Positions 56,155-59,261 of a stretch of DNA of 59,261 nucleotides are shown one piece after another. The stretch is from a virus (taxonomy: Duplodnaviria; Caudoviricetes): positions 1 to 59,261 of IMG/VR virus record IMGVR_UViG_3300031566_000031. One strand, written 5' to 3'. The position numbers and the translations under genes are program-made. A model generated the notes under the pieces. That model was not told where the DNA came from, did not search any database, and saw only the letters and a program-made list of their open reading frames with translations. How positions within the stretch are numbered: the stretch's first letter is position 1; the number at the start of each line of letters is the position of its first letter.

Positions 56155-57753
56155 GTGAAGCGATTGCGGCGCGGCACGTCAAGCTCCTCTAAGATCGCTA
56201 CTGGAGCGGAGGCGCGAGAACGTCTAGTCCGAGGTGCGCGAGAATTATCGCGGGTCGTCCGTGTCACTTACGGGCCGACCGGCGGGGTCGTCATGCTCGA
56301 CCGATCCTTCGGGATGCTAGCGACACGAGATGGCGTTACGGTTGCGTGCGAGGTCAGTCCGGCGAACCCCGTCGCACGCCTCGGAGCGCAGATGCTCCGA
56401 CGTGCGTGCATCACCGTCAATGAAGAGGTCGGGGACGGTACGTCCACCGCGGCCTTGCTCGCAGGCGCGATGATCAACGAGGGGCATAAACGGATCACGG
56501 CCGGTGCGGACCCCGGTGAGCTTGCCAAGGGGATGCAGCACGCGGCAGCTATCGCGTCGGAGGTAGTAGGGCAGCTTGTGGTGCCTGTGGAAGATGAGGA
56601 CACGCTTCAGCAGGTGGCACTTCACACGACCAAGCGAGACGTGGAGATTGCTGACGCGTTGGCCGAGGCGACCATGCTTGTCGGGTCGAAGGGGATGATC
56701 GTGATCGAGGACGGCAAGGGCGTAGGCATTGAGCTTGTGTCGAAGCACGGGGTCGAGATCAGTCAAGGGTGGGTGTCGATGGAATTCGGGGACGAGTGGA
56801 AAGCGGACGTGTGTCTCGTCGCCGTCGTTGCGGAACCCTTGATGAAATTCAGCGAGGTCGTTCCGATGATGGAAGCCGCGTCGCAGGTTCCTGGCAACCT
56901 TCCTTTGCTCGTCGTGTGTGAAGGCGTCTACGGAGAAGCTCTCGCCACGATGGTGACGAACAACGGGAAAGACGTGCTCAAGTGTTGCGCGATCAAGGGC
57001 CCGGGGAGGGGGCCTTTCCAGATGGACCACCTCCAAGACATTGCCGCGCTCAGCCAAGCGGTCGTCGTGGACACGAACGCCGGCATGTCCTTGGCCAAGT
57101 TTGAGTCGGCATGGCTCGGGTCGTTGCAGCAGGTTCGGGTTGGCGCACACAAGAGCACGCTTGTCGCTTTCGATGACGCCCTCCCTGCGATCCAAGATCG
57201 GATCCGAACGTTGGAGGTCCGACGTGACCGAACCGAGCACAACCATGACCGAGATCGGCTGTCCGAACGGATCGCAAAGCTCGCCGATGGGTTTTGTGTC
57301 CTCCGTGTTGGCGGAGTGACCGAGGCAGCGGCCAAGGAGCGCCGTGGGCGGATCGAGGATGCGTTGCACGCGGTTCGCGCTGCATTGGACGAGGGCGTGG
57401 TTCCCGGCGCGGGAATGGCGTACCTCGCGGCGGCGGAGGTGCTGGAGGAGATCGGGTTCTCAGATGGCGATTTCGGGCAGGGCGAGAGGGTCGTCGTCAA
57501 GGCGCTCAGGGAGCCCGTGAGGGCGCTCGTCTCCAACGCGGGCGAGGAGCCGGCCGTGGTCCTGAACGCGCTGAGAGAGGCGGGAGATGGCTCGTACTGG
57601 CTCGGATACGATGCTATGGCCGGAACCATCCGAGATCTGCTAGAGAAGCCACTTTTGGCCGACCCTTTGCGCGTTGTCCGCTCCACAATTGAGGTCGCCG
57701 CGTCCGCGGCCTCGACATTGTTGACCGTAGAGGTCGCCATTACGAGTAAGTAG
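56155..57753 (+). CDS. groEL: Divergent phage-encoded group I chaperonin (GroEL/Cpn60-like), 532 aa
   Basis: Motifs TYGPTG, TRDGVTVA, GDGTSTA (canonical GDGTTTA), GEALAT, LQDIA, L.ERIAKL, RIEDALHAVRAALDEGVVPGAG and DPLRVVRS. No GGM tail. Confidence 0.93.
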   Translation: MKRLRRGTSSSSKIATGAEARERLVRGARELSRVVRVTYGPTGGVVMLDRSFGMLATRDGVTVACEVSPANPVARLGAQMLRRACITVNEEVGDGTSTAALLAGAMINEGHKRITAGADPGELAKGMQHAAAIASEVVGQLVVPVEDEDTLQQVALHTTKRDVEIADALAEATMLVGSKGMIVIEDGKGVGIELVSKHGVEISQGWVSMEFGDEWKADVCLVAVVAEPLMKFSEVVPMMEAASQVPGNLPLLVVCEGVYGEALATMVTNNGKDVLKCCAIKGPGRGPFQMDHLQDIAALSQAVVVDTNAGMSLAKFESAWLGSLQQVRVGAHKSTLVAFDDALPAIQDRIRTLEVRRDRTEHNHDRDRLSERIAKLADGFCVLRVGGVTEAAAKERRGRIEDALHAVRAALDEGVVPGAGMAYLAAAEVLEEIGFSDGDFGQGERVVVKALREPVRALVSNAGEEPAVVLNALREAGDGSYWLGYDAMAGTIRDLLEKPLLADPLRVVRSTIEVAASAASTLLTVEVAITSK

Positions 57754-57758
57754 AACCG

Positions 57759-58562
57759 ATGAAGAGACTCAGCCTAGTCCATGCACGCGGAGGTTCGATC
57801 ACGGCGGACACCGCAGAGGCCCTTCGTCAGCTTGAGATGCGCTGTGCCGACCGCGGCAACCTCCGCTTGCTCGTGAAAACCGTCCCCCTCGGCGGCGTGG
57901 ACGACCTGCAATGGAGGGAGCGCTTCTCCGAATGGTCGATGAAGCACACGGGACGTTGGGTGAACCTCGTCCTTGAATTCGATGAGCCCGAGGTCGAGAA
58001 GGAGAAGGAAGCGATGCACGCTCTCGCCGTGCTCTGGGCTCTCGCCATCCCCTGTGGGTTCACCCCACAACAGCGCTATCCGATCCTCACGCTTGGGGAG
58101 TCCATCTTCCACTGTCTCGGACCGTGGCAGATCCTCTACGATCACCTCATGGGCGAGGGTCGGGGCGAGGAGGCGTGGCCCTCGATGTGCGCTGCTGCTC
58201 AGGCCGATGTGGGGACGTGGAAGGGCGATCGGGCGACGGAGCGCTTTGTCCAGGCACAGCTTCACCGTGTCGGTGTTAACGTCGGCCCCATCGACGGCCA
58301 ATTGGCGCACCGTAGCCTGACCGGACTGAAGCGTCTGGGATTGGATTCGATGCCTTTGACCGATGCCGCCGTGCGGCTCGCTGAGATGGGGACGACTCAG
58401 CCGAAGCCCCAGGACCGCGCTATTGGCCACATCGTCGTCCCAGGGCAGAATTTGGCTATAGTCTGCTCTGGGCAGGTGTACTCGACCAAGACAGCTACCG
58501 GCGCGGCCCTCACAATTGATGGGCCTGGACGAGCCGTCCTCGATCTTACTCCAAAGGGCTGA
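57759..58562 (+). CDS. Degenerate peptidase-M15-like protein with a peptidoglycan-binding-like domain, 267 aa
   Basis: FVQAQLHRVGVNVGPIDGQL matches the PG_binding_1 pattern (Q..L..LG...G.iDG.fG). The N-terminal half follows the M15 layout, but the Zn-ligand positions appear substituted. Confidence 0.5.
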   Translation: MKRLSLVHARGGSITADTAEALRQLEMRCADRGNLRLLVKTVPLGGVDDLQWRERFSEWSMKHTGRWVNLVLEFDEPEVEKEKEAMHALAVLWALAIPCGFTPQQRYPILTLGESIFHCLGPWQILYDHLMGEGRGEEAWPSMCAAAQADVGTWKGDRATERFVQAQLHRVGVNVGPIDGQLAHRSLTGLKRLGLDSMPLTDAAVRLAEMGTTQPKPQDRAIGHIVVPGQNLAIVCSGQVYSTKTATGAALTIDGPGRAVLDLTPKG

Positions 58563-58564
58563 AG

Positions 58565-59164
58565 ATGACCGACAAGAACGCGATGGCAAACCCTGCCCTG
58601 AAGCTCCCCATTGACCTTCGGGCGCAGATGATGGCGGCGATGAACGACGGAGCGCGTGAGTTGTTTCGTCTCTACATGCCTCGGGTACTTGACACCGCGC
58701 CCCTCATCGAACGGCAGATCGACAAGGCGTCGAAAGATGCGGGGATCGATCCGAAATACACACGCTGGCTGCTTGGGCGTCCGCACTTGTGGCCCTCTAT
58801 CGTGGCCTCAGACAAGGGTGTTCTTCTCCTTGCCGCTCGGATTCTGACCAAGGCAGGGGTCACTGTCCCCTACGAGGTCATGGAGCCGTCCACCAACGAT
58901 CTCGCACAGGACATGGTGTTGTCCGATCTCGCTGACTGGAGTAAGCGCAACCTCCTCCCTCTTTTGCAGAAACACTACATCAAGGCGGGTTGGCCGGTGG
59001 CGCGGAAGCACGCGGACACTCTACGGCTTCCGAACGACAGCACACCGGATGCGCAACAAGCTGTTTCCAAGATCAGCCGCTACCTTGAGTACCTGCTGAC
59101 CGAGAAGCGCATCGGGTCCCCAAACGGGGGCCTTGTGCTGTCTGTCCTCGGTTTCATCATATAG
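58565..59164 (+). CDS. Hypothetical protein, 199 aa
   Basis: Starts 2 nt after the previous stop. Helical-looking, with no recognisable motif. Confidence 0.65.
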   Translation: MTDKNAMANPALKLPIDLRAQMMAAMNDGARELFRLYMPRVLDTAPLIERQIDKASKDAGIDPKYTRWLLGRPHLWPSIVASDKGVLLLAARILTKAGVTVPYEVMEPSTNDLAQDMVLSDLADWSKRNLLPLLQKHYIKAGWPVARKHADTLRLPNDSTPDAQQAVSKISRYLEYLLTEKRIGSPNGGLVLSVLGFII

Positions 59165-59201
59165 GCGTTCCAAAACCCGGTGGCCGGGGTAAGGGAAGTG
59201 C

Positions 59202-59261
59202 ATGGACGACGCGCTCAAGGCGACCTACGAGAAGCTCAAGGGCTATCGCACGGATACCGAT
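59202..59261 (+). CDS. 3'-truncated ORF (MDDALKATYEKLKGYRTDTD...)
   Basis: ATG at 59202, open to the window end, and preceded by the same GTAAGGGAAG element as the 55534 gene. Confidence 0.5.
   Translation, partial: MDDALKATYEKLKGYRTDTD

Noticed and set aside
56112-56192. 26-codon mini-ORF (MNQAQDAATRVESQ...) overlapping the groEL start
   Set aside because: Very short, out of frame with groEL, with no GroES-like features. Likely incidental.
1-59261. Stop-codon reassignment (alternative genetic code)
   Set aside because: TAA, TAG and TGA all end genes at tightly coupled junctions, and very long ORFs are intact under the standard code.

Overview
GC-rich, densely coding window with every credible gene on the + strand. 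It reads as part of a large (jumbo-type) contractile-tailed bacteriophage genome. Bases 1-53414 form an unusually long (~53 kb) baseplate and tail-appendage module. It holds a Gp5/GpV-like spike, a 3680-aa repeat protein, gp25/GpW-like, baseplate-J-like and GpI/gp7-like wedge genes, several fibre-like proteins and two clearly paralogous large proteins. Bases 53418-59261 carry small and accessory genes: a holin-like protein with a signal peptide and a VNTR, a divergent GroEL with no adjacent GroES, and a probably inactive M15-peptidase/peptidoglycan-binding protein. Non-coding signals include five copies of a putative late-promoter motif (GCCTATRG-N10/11-GTAGG or ACGAAG), two of which form a near-identical direct repeat bracketing one Gly-rich fibre gene like a cassette. 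There are also putative leaderless -10 promoters in the right-hand part, a multi-hairpin intergenic region, and strong context-dependent codon substitutions that remove specific hexamers (YTCGAR, SAGCTS, GTCGAC, CTGCAG, GACRTC), suggesting restriction-site avoidance. No tRNA, rRNA, CRISPR array or transposase was seen. All family assignments come from motif recognition by eye, not from database searches.
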